Shown: positions 20,998 to 30,289, numbered from the stretch's first letter. The stretch is DNA of 64,000 nt from Candidatus Woesearchaeota archaeon (GCA_036481345.1 JAZGHU010000015.1:3315-67314); one strand, 5' to 3'. Notes: generated by a model not told the origin, from the sequence alone. Made by a program: numbers and translations.

Positions 20998-21005
20998 TTT
21001 ATAAA
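20998..21005 (-). promoter_or_regulatory. TATA-like box (CTTTATAAAG) upstream of the L3 operon leader
   Basis: palindromic TATA-like octamer about 200 bp upstream of the L3 start. The leader also carries a TTTAAACAC direct repeat at 20947-20955 and 20958-20966. Confidence 0.25.
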
Positions 21006-21027
21006 GCTTGCGAAATTATGTTTATTT

Positions 21028-21420
21028 TCATGAAAATGTGTAATCTTTAAGGGTATTTCTTAATAATTCGTTGAATTCTTCATCAATAGATATCTTGTAG
21101 TCATGACTGTCTCCTTGAGGTAATTTGAATATTTTATTAGACTTTGAAATTGAAGCCACGCCCATCCCTGTTACTATATATCTTTCTTCTTCACTTCCTA
21201 AAGAAGGCATGGTTAATGCTTCATCACCAGGTATAGGAATTTTAGAATATTCTATATCCTTGCTCAATAAAAAAGAAGCTAAAAGATCTCGATGATACAT
21301 TTCTTCTTGGTCTGGACGACCACAAAGTAAATAAGGTTTGTTATCTAAATAAAGTTGGACTACTTTGAATATTCCTTCTTCTGGAAGTCTTATAATTTCT
21401 ACTGTTTGATCAATTGTCAT
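21028..21420 (-). CDS. hypothetical protein, translationally coupled downstream of the primase
   Basis: 130-aa ORF whose start overlaps the primase stop by 11 nt; no recognisable motif. Confidence 0.3.
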   Translation of the reverse strand: MTIDQTVEIIRLPEEGIFKVVQLYLDNKPYLLCGRPDQEEMYHRDLLASFLLSKDIEYSKIPIPGDEALTMPSLGSEEERYIVTGMGVASISKSNKIFKLPQGDSHDYKISIDEEFNELLRNTLKDYTFS

Positions 21421-22738
21421 TTTTCTTTTGTGTTTTATTATTATTTAAGAAATAAGTCTTTCTTTTTGAGTATTGCACTGGATTTTTTATACGATTGCAG
21501 AGATTATCTGGATGGCATGCATTGAAATCCTTGTAGTACATAGAGTTTTGGCAATTGGGGGGGAGAATCTTCTTTTTCTGTTGTTTTCTATATCTTAGCT
21601 GGCCTAGAAGAATTACTTCTCTTAGGGGTTCTTTGTTAGCTTTGTTCCATTCTTTTAATCTGGGTTCTATTTTATCATATTCCCAGCCAACAGAAGATAG
21701 GAAATTGTTTAGTATAAATAGGGCACGTTTTCTTCCATCTTCTAATCCTGACAGCATATGCTTGACACAAGGAGGGAAGAACTGCTCTGGAATTGCTTCT
21801 TGAGGTATATCTTCTTTATATTCTGTTTCTTTATGTTCAAATTCTTCTTTGCTTTTCTTTACCACCATCATTTCTGTTGCTTTATCAAACAGTTCTTTTG
21901 CTTGATTTGGCTGGATGTTTTCTCTATTTAGGAATCCTAATTTTTTATCTATTTTTACAGTTGATGGAAGAGCTTGTTCTTTTTCAAATTCCATTACTTT
22001 GTTTGGATCAATTGGGATTGAACATAATCCTGATTTTTCATGTAATGAGTATGGTGCTCTGTACAAGTGCCTTCCAGAGATAAGAATTGTGTCAATATCA
22101 ATCATCTTTTCTGGGTCAACCTTTCCTCCTACTGAGAGTTTTTCTAAAGTTTTTTTCAGGTTGGATGCTATTTTTTCTATATTATTGTTTTCCATTTCAA
22201 GGACTTTTTTTAAGAAGACATTTTTTATCATCTCTTTTAGGTATAAAGCGAGCAATCTTATGTAATCAGGAAACATTTTGCTTGTTTCGTTTTCTCCTAT
22301 TTTTTGAGGGAATGCCTCAAATGGAACACCTATATGAAATCCTTTGTTTCCTGAGAATTTTACACTGACTGCTTCAATATTATAATGTTTTAATGCTTTT
22401 ATAACTAAATCAGTGATTAGTTTAGAGTATGGCCAATAAGGACAGTCAATGTCTATAACTAAATCCCATCCAATCCTTAATGCTTCTATTTCTTGTTTTT
22501 TTAGTAAGGGATCTAGCTGTAGAGGATTGCTCCAAATTTCTTCTGAAGCATGAAAAGAAGTTATTCCTTGCTTTACTAATTCTAGAACATCTCTTGGATA
22601 AGTTAGAGTATCTGGCCGTTTAGCATAACCTTCTCCTTTGAAACTGCCAACTAATTCTTTGTTTTTCGAATGAAGAACTAGTTCATTCTGGATATCTTCT
22701 CTTTTATAATGTCTTAAGACAGTTCCTATATCAATCAT
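21410..22738 (-). CDS. priS: DNA primase in which the PriS catalytic domain is fused to a PriL-type C-terminal 4-Cys (Fe-S) domain
   Basis: AEP motifs DIDCPY (motif I) and SGNKGFHI (motif II). The C-terminal 120 aa carry four Cys (PPC...NC...ACH...NLC) arranged as in the PriL C-terminal domain. Confidence 0.7.
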   Translation of the reverse strand: MIDIGTVLRHYKREDIQNELVLHSKNKELVGSFKGEGYAKRPDTLTYPRDVLELVKQGITSFHASEEIWSNPLQLDPLLKKQEIEALRIGWDLVIDIDCPYWPYSKLITDLVIKALKHYNIEAVSVKFSGNKGFHIGVPFEAFPQKIGENETSKMFPDYIRLLALYLKEMIKNVFLKKVLEMENNNIEKIASNLKKTLEKLSVGGKVDPEKMIDIDTILISGRHLYRAPYSLHEKSGLCSIPIDPNKVMEFEKEQALPSTVKIDKKLGFLNRENIQPNQAKELFDKATEMMVVKKSKEEFEHKETEYKEDIPQEAIPEQFFPPCVKHMLSGLEDGRKRALFILNNFLSSVGWEYDKIEPRLKEWNKANKEPLREVILLGQLRYRKQQKKKILPPNCQNSMYYKDFNACHPDNLCNRIKNPVQYSKRKTYFLNNNKTQKKNDN

Positions 22739-22782
22739 GTTCCCCCATTATGGTGTAAAGAAGTCTTATATAAAAATTTTCA

Positions 22783-23676
22783 CTACATTTTGTCTAATGC
22801 AGTTATTCTTTGGTCTATTGGTGGATGGGTTGCAAAGAGTTTTACCATAAAACTCTGTTTTTTTCTAAAAGGAGTTGAAATAAATAAATGTGCTGTTGCT
22901 TTGTTTGCATAGTCTACTAATGGATCTGGATCTTTTTTTATCTTTCTTAATGCATCTGCCAGCCCTTTTGGGTATCTTGTTAATAATGCTCCATCTGCAT
23001 CTGCTAGGAATTCTCTTTTTCTGCTTATTGCTAATTTTATTGCTTCTCCGATTAAAGGGGAGAGTATTGCTAATACAAATCCAGTTACTATTAATATCAC
23101 TGTCAATCGATTGTTACCGCTCCTCCTCCTGCCTGAACCCCAGAAGAAACTTCTTAATAAGAAATCTGATAACAATACAGTTAAGCCAACCATGACTGCT
23201 GCAAGCATCATGATCCTAATATCAAAATTTTTTATATGGGACATTTCATGAGCAATAACTCCTTCTAATTCTAATCTGTTCATTTTGTTAAGTAATCCTG
23301 TTGTGACTGTTATTGAAGCATGTTCTGGATCTCTTCCAGTTGCAAAAGCGTTCAATGCATCATCATCAATAACATATGTTTTGGGCATGGGGATTCCTGC
23401 TGCGATTGATAATCCTTCAACTGTATGGACTAAATGGGGATATTGTTTTTTATCTACTGCTTTTGCTTTTGTCATTGCTAAAATCATAGAATCTCCTGAA
23501 TAATAACTAACCAAGAAATATAATGTACCTATGATCAAAGCTAGAATTGGGCCAAAGTAGATATTACCATAATATAATCCTATAACTAATCCAATAATAA
23601 TTACTAAAATAAAGAAAAGAAAAATTAAAAAAAAGCTTTTCCTCTTGTTTGAATCAATCTGTTCGTAAATTCCCAT
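22783..23676 (-). CDS. htpX: HtpX-family M48 zinc metalloprotease
   Basis: HEMSH zincin motif, N-terminal TM helices. Confidence 0.75.
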   Translation of the reverse strand: MGIYEQIDSNKRKSFFLIFLFFILVIIIGLVIGLYYGNIYFGPILALIIGTLYFLVSYYSGDSMILAMTKAKAVDKKQYPHLVHTVEGLSIAAGIPMPKTYVIDDDALNAFATGRDPEHASITVTTGLLNKMNRLELEGVIAHEMSHIKNFDIRIMMLAAVMVGLTVLLSDFLLRSFFWGSGRRRSGNNRLTVILIVTGFVLAILSPLIGEAIKLAISRKREFLADADGALLTRYPKGLADALRKIKKDPDPLVDYANKATAHLFISTPFRKKQSFMVKLFATHPPIDQRITALDKM

Positions 23677-24228
23677 TTAAAATTCAACATTAACTGGTTC
23701 TTTTTCTTTACCTGATGTTTTGAAGTAATCTTCTTTTTTGAATCCAAACATCTTTGCAAAGAGATTTTTTGGGAATACTTGAATAGCTTCATTCAATTTC
23801 ATTACAGAGTCGTTGTAGAATTGTCTTGAGTAAGCTATCTTTGATTCTGTTCCTGCTAATTCTTCCTGCAGTAATTTGAAATTTTCATTTGCTTTTAACT
23901 GAGGATAATTTTCAGCTACTGCAAAGATTGATTTCAGAGCTTTTGTTAGGCCATCTGATGCTTTTGTCCTGTCTTCTAATGAGCCTGATACTAATGAGGA
24001 TCTCATCTTTGTTACATTTTCTAGAACAGTTTTTTCGTGTTTAACATAGCCTTTTACTGTCTTTACTAAGTTTGGAATCAAATCATACCTTCTTTTTAAC
24101 TGTACATCTATCTGAGCCAGAGCATTCTTCATCCTAACTCTTAGTTTTATTAGACTGTTATAGATGTAGACAACAAACAATACAACTACTACTGCAATTA
24201 TAATCCATATTGTGCTTGCACTTACCAT
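23677..24228 (-). CDS. lemA: LemA-family membrane protein
   Basis: N-terminal TM followed by the conserved LemA core; the LemA-HtpX pair is a common gene neighbourhood. Confidence 0.7.
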   Translation of the reverse strand: MVSASTIWIIIAVVVVLFVVYIYNSLIKLRVRMKNALAQIDVQLKRRYDLIPNLVKTVKGYVKHEKTVLENVTKMRSSLVSGSLEDRTKASDGLTKALKSIFAVAENYPQLKANENFKLLQEELAGTESKIAYSRQFYNDSVMKLNEAIQVFPKNLFAKMFGFKKEDYFKTSGKEKEPVNVEF

Positions 24229-24323
24229 TTTAGGTTCACCCCAAGAATAGCAATTAGAAGATGTATATAAACTTTATTAAAACTTAAGATAAATTTATAT
24301 AGTTTTGAGTCAATAAAAACAAA

Positions 24324-24743
24324 ATGAGAATAATAATAATTGGAATGATAATTTTGAGTGTTTTACTTATTTCTGGTTGCCAAAAGGATATGCCTCCAGA
24401 AGAATTAATGAAATGTGATGTTGATGAAGATTGTATTGTTGTAGAAGAAAGGGGCTGTTGTGGATGTCCTGCTGTTATTAATAAACAGCACGAGGACTGG
24501 TGGAACAATAGAAAAGTTGTAGAATCATGTCCTGGAAGAGAGTGTGAGCTTTGTGCCCAATATTATGAACCAGCAAGATGTGAAGATAATGTTTGCACAG
24601 CAAATTATGGAAGAAATCCATGTGATAATGAAGGTTATTGTTTATCTTCTGAAACACAAGAATGTGAAGTATGGCATGTAAATGCAGGAGCTGGAATATG
24701 TGGTTGTTCTGAATCAGAATCTTGGTGTGCTAAATTAAAGTAG
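24324..24743 (+). CDS. small Cys-rich secreted lipoprotein (24 Cys in about 115 mature residues)
   Basis: signal peptide with lipobox LLISGC, repeated CxxC/CGC patterns; 3' end overlaps the hef stop, convergent. Confidence 0.4.
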   Translation: MRIIIIGMIILSVLLISGCQKDMPPEELMKCDVDEDCIVVEERGCCGCPAVINKQHEDWWNNRKVVESCPGRECELCAQYYEPARCEDNVCTANYGRNPCDNEGYCLSSETQECEVWHVNAGAGICGCSESESWCAKLK

Positions 24744-26957
24744 ATAATCGCTATCAACTACTTTTCTGATCTCTTTTGCTTTCTTTTCTCCTATTTTTGA
24801 TACTTTTTTTAGCTGTTCTTCTTTTGCATTTACTATTTTCTTTATTGTTTTGAATTTCTTAAGAAGTTCTTTTGCTAAGGAAGGACCTACTAATGGCAAA
24901 GAAGAGACAACATATTCCTGCTGTTCTTTAATTGATAATGGTTTTTTGTCAGCATGCATTGAGAATTCGTTTGATGAAGAATCTTGTTCTCTTTTTGCAA
25001 TTGTATGAATCAGTTCTGCTGATTCTTTTGAGTTTTTTGTGAAAAGGACAGGGATTTTATAGGAGATTGCGATTGTTGCTAACATTCCTCTGATTGCATT
25101 TGGATGTATGTTTCTTGCTGAATAAATATCTGTTTCCCCTTCAACAATTACCAAAGGGCATTCAAAGTTTCTTTTTAATTGTTTTATTTGTTCAAGTAAT
25201 CTGCCATCTATGATTGACTGTGCAAAATCTTCAACTTTTTTGAATTCAACACCGCAACGGCTGCTTAGGATGTAATCAGCTGAATCTAGTTTATCTAATT
25301 TAATTGAAACGTCTTTATCTATCAATTCTTTTATTATTCCAGAAGCTTTTTCTCTGTGATCTGCAAAGACTTTTATTTCTTGTTTTTTCTCATATTTTGC
25401 AACTGTAGATCTTGGAGATTTGATAGTTTCTAATGTCTGTTGTTTTAATGATAATTTTGATTTTAAGTCAGTGAGAATTCTATACATTCTTTTTTCTTTA
25501 TGATGTGCAGACCACCTATACCCTTCATCTCTTGTGTTTTGAGTCATCAATATAGTACATTTCCCTTTTTCTAATCTCCCAGTACGCCCTCTACGCTGAA
25601 TATGACGAATTGCAGATGGAATTGGCTCATAAAATATAACTGAATCTACTTTTGGAATATCTAGGCCTTCTTCTCCAACAGATGTTGCAACAAGAATATT
25701 GAATTCATTATTTCTGAATTGTTCAAGCATTTCTTTTTGCTGTTTTTGAGACAATCCAGATTCTCCTTTTTTCTGCTGTCCTACAAAAAGATTTGCTTTG
25801 ATGTTTTTGAGTTTGTTTAGTTCATCAACAATGTTTTTTGCATTATCACGATACTGGTTAAATATCATTATTTTTACTCCTGGTTTAATCTCTTTTTCAA
25901 CTAATTTTTGCAATTCAATCAGTTTTGGATGTTGGATTCCATCTTCAAACATCTTTTCTGTCTTGATAAATGCAGATCTGAAATTCAAGTCTGCAATGAT
26001 ATTTTTTACTGCTTTTGTTTTTCCTGAATAACCATCATTTTTTAGTTTTGTCAGGTATCCATGTAAAGCAACAACTCCTTGTGTTTCTAATAATTCTAAA
26101 CCATGCTGAACTTTCATAATTTCTGCTAGAACTGAAATTGCTGTCCAAAGAGTAAAATCTTTTTCTCCAGAAGCTGCACGGCCCCTTAATTGTGCCTGGA
26201 GCTTTAGTAAATCTGTTTTACTTACGAAATTAATATCTTTTCTTTGGAGAATTCCCCATTTTTTCAATTTTTGAGTTCTATCTTGGATAATATTCTTCAA
26301 AAATCTTTGAACCTGTTCAAATGGGGGAGTTAGATCAACTTTTATCCAATTGAGTTCTACTTCTTGTATGTATGGCTTAACATCTGGATCATTATCTGTT
26401 CTTACTTCAACTTCTTCTATGAAAAGATTTGAAGTAACTTCTCTTATTTTTTCTAGATCAGACCCAGGAGAGGCTGTTAAAGCAAGGATTCTTGGAAAAT
26501 CTGCTTTTTTATGATATTGTTTTGCCACAAACACATAAGCATATTCTCCAACTGCCCTGTGTGCTTCATCAAAAACTATCAATGAAACTTCTTCTAAGTT
26601 GATTCTTCCTGTTATGATGTCATTTTCAAGACCTTGAGGGGTTGAAAAGATAACTTTTGCTGTTTTCCAAAGTTCTGCTCGTTTTTCAGGCTTGATCATT
26701 CCTGTGAATACTGAAAAAGATTCTTCTGGAAGCTCCATATATTGCTTGAATGTTTCAATGTGCTGCTCTACTAATGGTCTTGTTGGAGCTAAAATCAGAA
26801 CTTTTGAATTAGGGTATTGCTTGAATCTTTGCACTGCAAGCATCATAGATACTGCTGTTTTGCCCATTCCAGTTGGAAGCACAACTAATGTGTTGCTTTG
26901 AACTGCTGTTGCAAGTATTGTTTCTTGATATAATCTTGGAGTAAAATCTTTAAGCAT
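24735..26957 (-). CDS. hef: Hef-like SF2 helicase fused to an XPF/ERCC4-type nuclease with C-terminal HhH2
   Basis: Walker A PTGMGKT, DEAH, helicase C domain, ERCC4 nuclease motif region, HhH tail. The ORF track starts at 27038, but the probable start is MLKDFTPR at 26957. Confidence 0.75.
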   Translation of the reverse strand: MLKDFTPRLYQETILATAVQSNTLVVLPTGMGKTAVSMMLAVQRFKQYPNSKVLILAPTRPLVEQHIETFKQYMELPEESFSVFTGMIKPEKRAELWKTAKVIFSTPQGLENDIITGRINLEEVSLIVFDEAHRAVGEYAYVFVAKQYHKKADFPRILALTASPGSDLEKIREVTSNLFIEEVEVRTDNDPDVKPYIQEVELNWIKVDLTPPFEQVQRFLKNIIQDRTQKLKKWGILQRKDINFVSKTDLLKLQAQLRGRAASGEKDFTLWTAISVLAEIMKVQHGLELLETQGVVALHGYLTKLKNDGYSGKTKAVKNIIADLNFRSAFIKTEKMFEDGIQHPKLIELQKLVEKEIKPGVKIMIFNQYRDNAKNIVDELNKLKNIKANLFVGQQKKGESGLSQKQQKEMLEQFRNNEFNILVATSVGEEGLDIPKVDSVIFYEPIPSAIRHIQRRGRTGRLEKGKCTILMTQNTRDEGYRWSAHHKEKRMYRILTDLKSKLSLKQQTLETIKSPRSTVAKYEKKQEIKVFADHREKASGIIKELIDKDVSIKLDKLDSADYILSSRCGVEFKKVEDFAQSIIDGRLLEQIKQLKRNFECPLVIVEGETDIYSARNIHPNAIRGMLATIAISYKIPVLFTKNSKESAELIHTIAKREQDSSSNEFSMHADKKPLSIKEQQEYVVSSLPLVGPSLAKELLKKFKTIKKIVNAKEEQLKKVSKIGEKKAKEIRKVVDSDYLL

Positions 26958-27055
26958 TGTTTTGATTAGGCAGAATTCTTTTAAATAGTTTATGGGGTGG
27001 TGTCCAGTGACCAGTGGGTAGTGTAAATTCACACTCACTACATTCGTGCAGGCAC

Positions 27056-27223
27056 CTAACCTATCTTCTTATTAACATTAATTTTTGTTTGTCTTGCTAT
27101 TTCTTCTACACTATCTTTTAAATATTCAATTTCAGTCTTTAATTTACCAAGTTCTTCTATCATTAGATCTCTAAATGACTCTACTTCTGCAATGAATTGA
27201 CCGAATTCTTCTTTTGTGACCAT
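27056..27223 (-). CDS. 55-aa coiled-coil ORF (MVTKEEFGQFIAEVESFRDLMIEELGKLKTEIEYLKDSVEE...), below the ORF-track size cut-off
   Basis: read by hand from the minus strand; ATG at 27223, TAG stop ending at 27056; immediately followed by a GC-rich hairpin. Confidence 0.25.
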   Translation of the reverse strand: MVTKEEFGQFIAEVESFRDLMIEELGKLKTEIEYLKDSVEEIARQTKINVNKKIG

Positions 27224-27260
27224 AGAAAGTAAAGAAAGAAGTTGCCATTAATATATTTTA

Positions 27261-27596
27261 TTAAACTCGAATATAGCCATTTTTGTGCACTTGATGACTT
27301 GTTATCCAGCTGGCAATGAATAATATGACAACAACAATCCTGTTGCCAACAACAGAACCAAGAGCATATCCCAGCATAAAACCAATTATTATCAGGAAGA
27401 ATGGAAATAAAGGCTGTCTGCCAATTTTAGTGTAATAATATCTCCCTGCTAAGAATCCTGATAAGATTACAACTATGTAAAGCAAAATAGCACTGCTTAT
27501 TGATAAGGATAATAGAAGTCCAATTACTAATAGTGATAGTGCGAGGAATTCTCCCCAATTTTCCAAAACTGATTCTCCAACTGTCATCCGTACCAA
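27261..27596 (-). CDS. small multi-TM membrane protein
   Basis: 111 aa, three hydrophobic helices, overlaps the upstream gene by 13 nt. Confidence 0.3.
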   Translation of the reverse strand: MVRMTVGESVLENWGEFLALSLLVIGLLLSLSISSAILLYIVVILSGFLAGRYYYTKIGRQPLFPFFLIIIGFMLGYALGSVVGNRIVVVILFIASWITSHQVHKNGYIRV

Positions 27597-28306
27597 ACCT
27601 TTCTTTCAAATCCAACATAATATATTAGCCAAATCAAACCGCCTGCAAGCAAAGCAAAGATCCACGAATAAAATGTGAATACTAGGGCCAATATAACATA
27701 TGTAAATATGGTTCCAAATAAAAATGAATATGTTAGTCTTGATGCATAAAACAGATAATGCCCATCTAATGGTGGAATAGGCAATAGCTGACAAACTGCA
27801 TATGCCAAATTAAATATAAAAATGTTGTGAAAAATAACTGAAGAGCTTGCAAAAAACCAGATATCTATCTGTTTGAAGATTGTAGCAAGGACAATTGATG
27901 CAACAGGGCCTATCAAGCTGATAACACCCATTGCTTCATAATTCAATCCATATCTAAATTTTCCTAGTCTTAATCCAGCCAGCAATGAAAATGTAAGGCC
28001 TCCTGGAATAATCAACCACCAGAGAGTTCCATTTGAGATAAAAACAAATATCAACGGAATGATTAGGCCAACCCACCATACTTTGAATTCAGCTTTATAG
28101 CCATAATGCAAAGCAGCGATTTTTTGAGCAGTTATATGGAATAATACACTTAGTCCTGCTATTAATATTGATACGAATAAATTTGGGACACTCCATTGCC
28201 TGAAAGCAAAAACAAAGCCAAAGAGCAATGCTGCAATAGCCAGTTCAAGAAATTCTTCTTTAGTAAAACTGAGATATGTTTTGGCTCTTTCAAATAACTC
28301 ATTCAT
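27584..28306 (-). CDS. polytopic membrane protein with a site-2-protease-like C-terminal motif (N..P..LDG) but no HExxH
   Basis: NLAYAVCQLLPIPPLDGHYL resembles the M50 third-ligand motif. The expected HExxH position reads HITAQ. Confidence 0.35.
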   Translation of the reverse strand: MNELFERAKTYLSFTKEEFLELAIAALLFGFVFAFRQWSVPNLFVSILIAGLSVLFHITAQKIAALHYGYKAEFKVWWVGLIIPLIFVFISNGTLWWLIIPGGLTFSLLAGLRLGKFRYGLNYEAMGVISLIGPVASIVLATIFKQIDIWFFASSSVIFHNIFIFNLAYAVCQLLPIPPLDGHYLFYASRLTYSFLFGTIFTYVILALVFTFYSWIFALLAGGLIWLIYYVGFERKVWYG

Positions 28307-28325
28307 CTTTTATTCACATTTATCT

Positions 28326-29054
28326 TTATTGTTTATAAACATTTCTTATATTAAAAGAGTATGTTATTTCATGAGAGGATTTGATTAGATTTAGGATTTC
28401 TTGCTCGTGTCCTGCTCCGATAACTGCAATGATTTTTTTATCTGGATATTTTTCCATAATCTGTCTTAGATTGTGCGCCATTACTTTATTTCTTTCATCT
28501 ACTAGAACTCTGTATAATCCAGGATAACGCTTTTTCATTATTCCTATTAGTTTTTTGATTAATTTTTTAGGAGGAACTTTTGTAAGATCCAAATTTTTAA
28601 TTCCTAATTTCCTCATTTCAGATTTTTTAAATAGAAGGCCCTTGAAGATATCTATAACAAAACGAAGTCTTTCTTTTCTTGTCAGTTCTGCTGAGATTCT
28701 TCTTAGTGTCAATTCAATATCCTGGTCAATCAAGGCTAGTTTTATTTTGTATTTTTTTGCAAGTTTGATTGCAGTCACCATTTCAGAGCCAGGCTTAACT
28801 CCAACCATTTTGCCTACTTTTTCTTCAATCCATGCTCCGATTATATTGAACAAGAATCCTTTAACACCCACTCTTTTTATATCACTGATCCTTGTTTTTC
28901 TTTTTACATTATGCGTGAGAGCATAGAACCGTTTTTGATCTAATTCCAATGCAATAATATCAGGATGCTGCTTTTCAATTACATCAGTTACCTCTTTTAA
29001 GGATTCCTTGGCGACGTGAGATGTGCCTATCAATGTTAGATTTTTATGACGCAT
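28326..29054 (-). CDS. TraB/PrgY/GumN-family protein
   Basis: LIGTSHV...ALELD motifs of the TraB family; the start was chosen at MRHKNL. Confidence 0.6.
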   Translation of the reverse strand: MRHKNLTLIGTSHVAKESLKEVTDVIEKQHPDIIALELDQKRFYALTHNVKRKTRISDIKRVGVKGFLFNIIGAWIEEKVGKMVGVKPGSEMVTAIKLAKKYKIKLALIDQDIELTLRRISAELTRKERLRFVIDIFKGLLFKKSEMRKLGIKNLDLTKVPPKKLIKKLIGIMKKRYPGLYRVLVDERNKVMAHNLRQIMEKYPDKKIIAVIGAGHEQEILNLIKSSHEITYSFNIRNVYKQ

Positions 29055-29167
29055 TCTTCTATTGAGATTAATATAGTTTATATACTTTTGCATGTGTAAT
29101 TGATAACAGAAAAATATATAAATAAAGGAATTACAGGTAAGATATAATAATTAACGGGTGATGTTAA

Positions 29168-29467
29168 ATGCTTAAAATGAAAAAAGTGTCTGAAACTTAT
29201 GAAATGAAAGTGTTCACTGATACTGGTGAATATTTTGGTGATATTGAAGAAAGCATAATGACTTCTACTAAGGTATTTGGATGGAAGGTTAAAGCTACTA
29301 AAGGATCTTTCTTGAATAAAGTCCTTGGATCTGCTAAAGGTGTTATTGTTCCACATCAATTAGTTAAAGCTGTGGGAGATATCTTGATTATAAGCAAAAC
29401 AGCAGTGCCATCTTACTCTCCTGAAGAAGCTGGTGGAGAAGAAGCATCTGAAGGAGCTTTAGAATAA
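29168..29467 (+). CDS. PRC-barrel domain protein
   Basis: about 80-aa PRC-barrel-like core followed by an acidic tail. Confidence 0.5.
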   Translation: MLKMKKVSETYEMKVFTDTGEYFGDIEESIMTSTKVFGWKVKATKGSFLNKVLGSAKGVIVPHQLVKAVGDILIISKTAVPSYSPEEAGGEEASEGALE

Positions 29468-29577
29468 ATGAACTGCAAGCAGATGTATCAAGATCTGGTA
29501 GTTACTAATTATTTTCTTTTTAAATATAATGTTTGCATAGAAGAGTCTGAAGATTTTTCTGAATTAGAAATTCCTAA

Positions 29578-30264
29578 TTAATCATCTGATGTAAAAGTTT
29601 TAGTAATCTTCTTTATAAGCTTTTTTCCACTGTAAAGTTCTAGGTTTAATTCGTGGGATTGATCAACATTATTAAATCCAAAAGCAAATTTTGATTCTGT
29701 CAATGTAAGAGTTTCTCCTGCTTCTAATTCATCATAAATAATTATTTTTTCATCTTCTCCACCATATTCAGTGAGGTAGGCAACAACCTTAGGTATAATA
29801 TCTTTATCTTGATTTTTGATTGTGAATTCAACTGAACTTACTTTTGCATAGTCATCTATTTTTGGTTTTGGATCAAGATTTAGCTTGTCAAGTGTAAATA
29901 TTATTTCTCCTGTTATTGGAAGTGTTTCATCTTCTGGCTCTGGTTCTTCCTCTGAAGAATTGGTTTCTGTCTGATTAATTGTTTTGTTTTCTCCTGCTTT
30001 GATTATAGTGATTCCTGAAGAAGTGTTATCTTGTTCTTCTTCATCTTCAGTATCTATTACTTTTGTTGCAGCACCAACTGCATCTCTAGCTGGAATTACT
30101 CCATAATGCTGCAATGAAATAACTAATATTAAAAGGAGAATTACAAGAATATATATAGCATGTTTTAGATGCCCTGTATTAAGTTTGAACTTAATAGTAA
30201 TCTCTTTCTTAGGTTTCTCTTTTTCAAACCATTCTTTTTTAACCATATTTAATATAAGAAACAA
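29578..30264 (-). CDS. N-terminally anchored, acidic secreted or surface protein
   Basis: single N-terminal TM or signal anchor, followed by an E/D/T-rich region. Confidence 0.3.
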   Translation of the reverse strand: MFLILNMVKKEWFEKEKPKKEITIKFKLNTGHLKHAIYILVILLLILVISLQHYGVIPARDAVGAATKVIDTEDEEEQDNTSSGITIIKAGENKTINQTETNSSEEEPEPEDETLPITGEIIFTLDKLNLDPKPKIDDYAKVSSVEFTIKNQDKDIIPKVVAYLTEYGGEDEKIIIYDELEAGETLTLTESKFAFGFNNVDQSHELNLELYSGKKLIKKITKTFTSDD

Positions 30265-30289
30265 AAATTATTTTTAAAGTTTATGGTTT

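Noticed and set aside
26958-27038. N-terminal 27 residues of the Hef ORF (MSVNLHYPLVTGHHP...)
   Set aside because: The SF2 helicase motif Q/Walker A begins right after MLKDFTPR. The upstream part is the translated GC-rich hairpin element and a TATA-like box, so the start was moved to 26957.
27000-27055. GC-rich segment considered as a possible tRNA or C/D box sRNA
   Set aside because: No cloverleaf can be drawn and no RUGAUGA/CUGA boxes are present. It is kept only as a structured-element finding.
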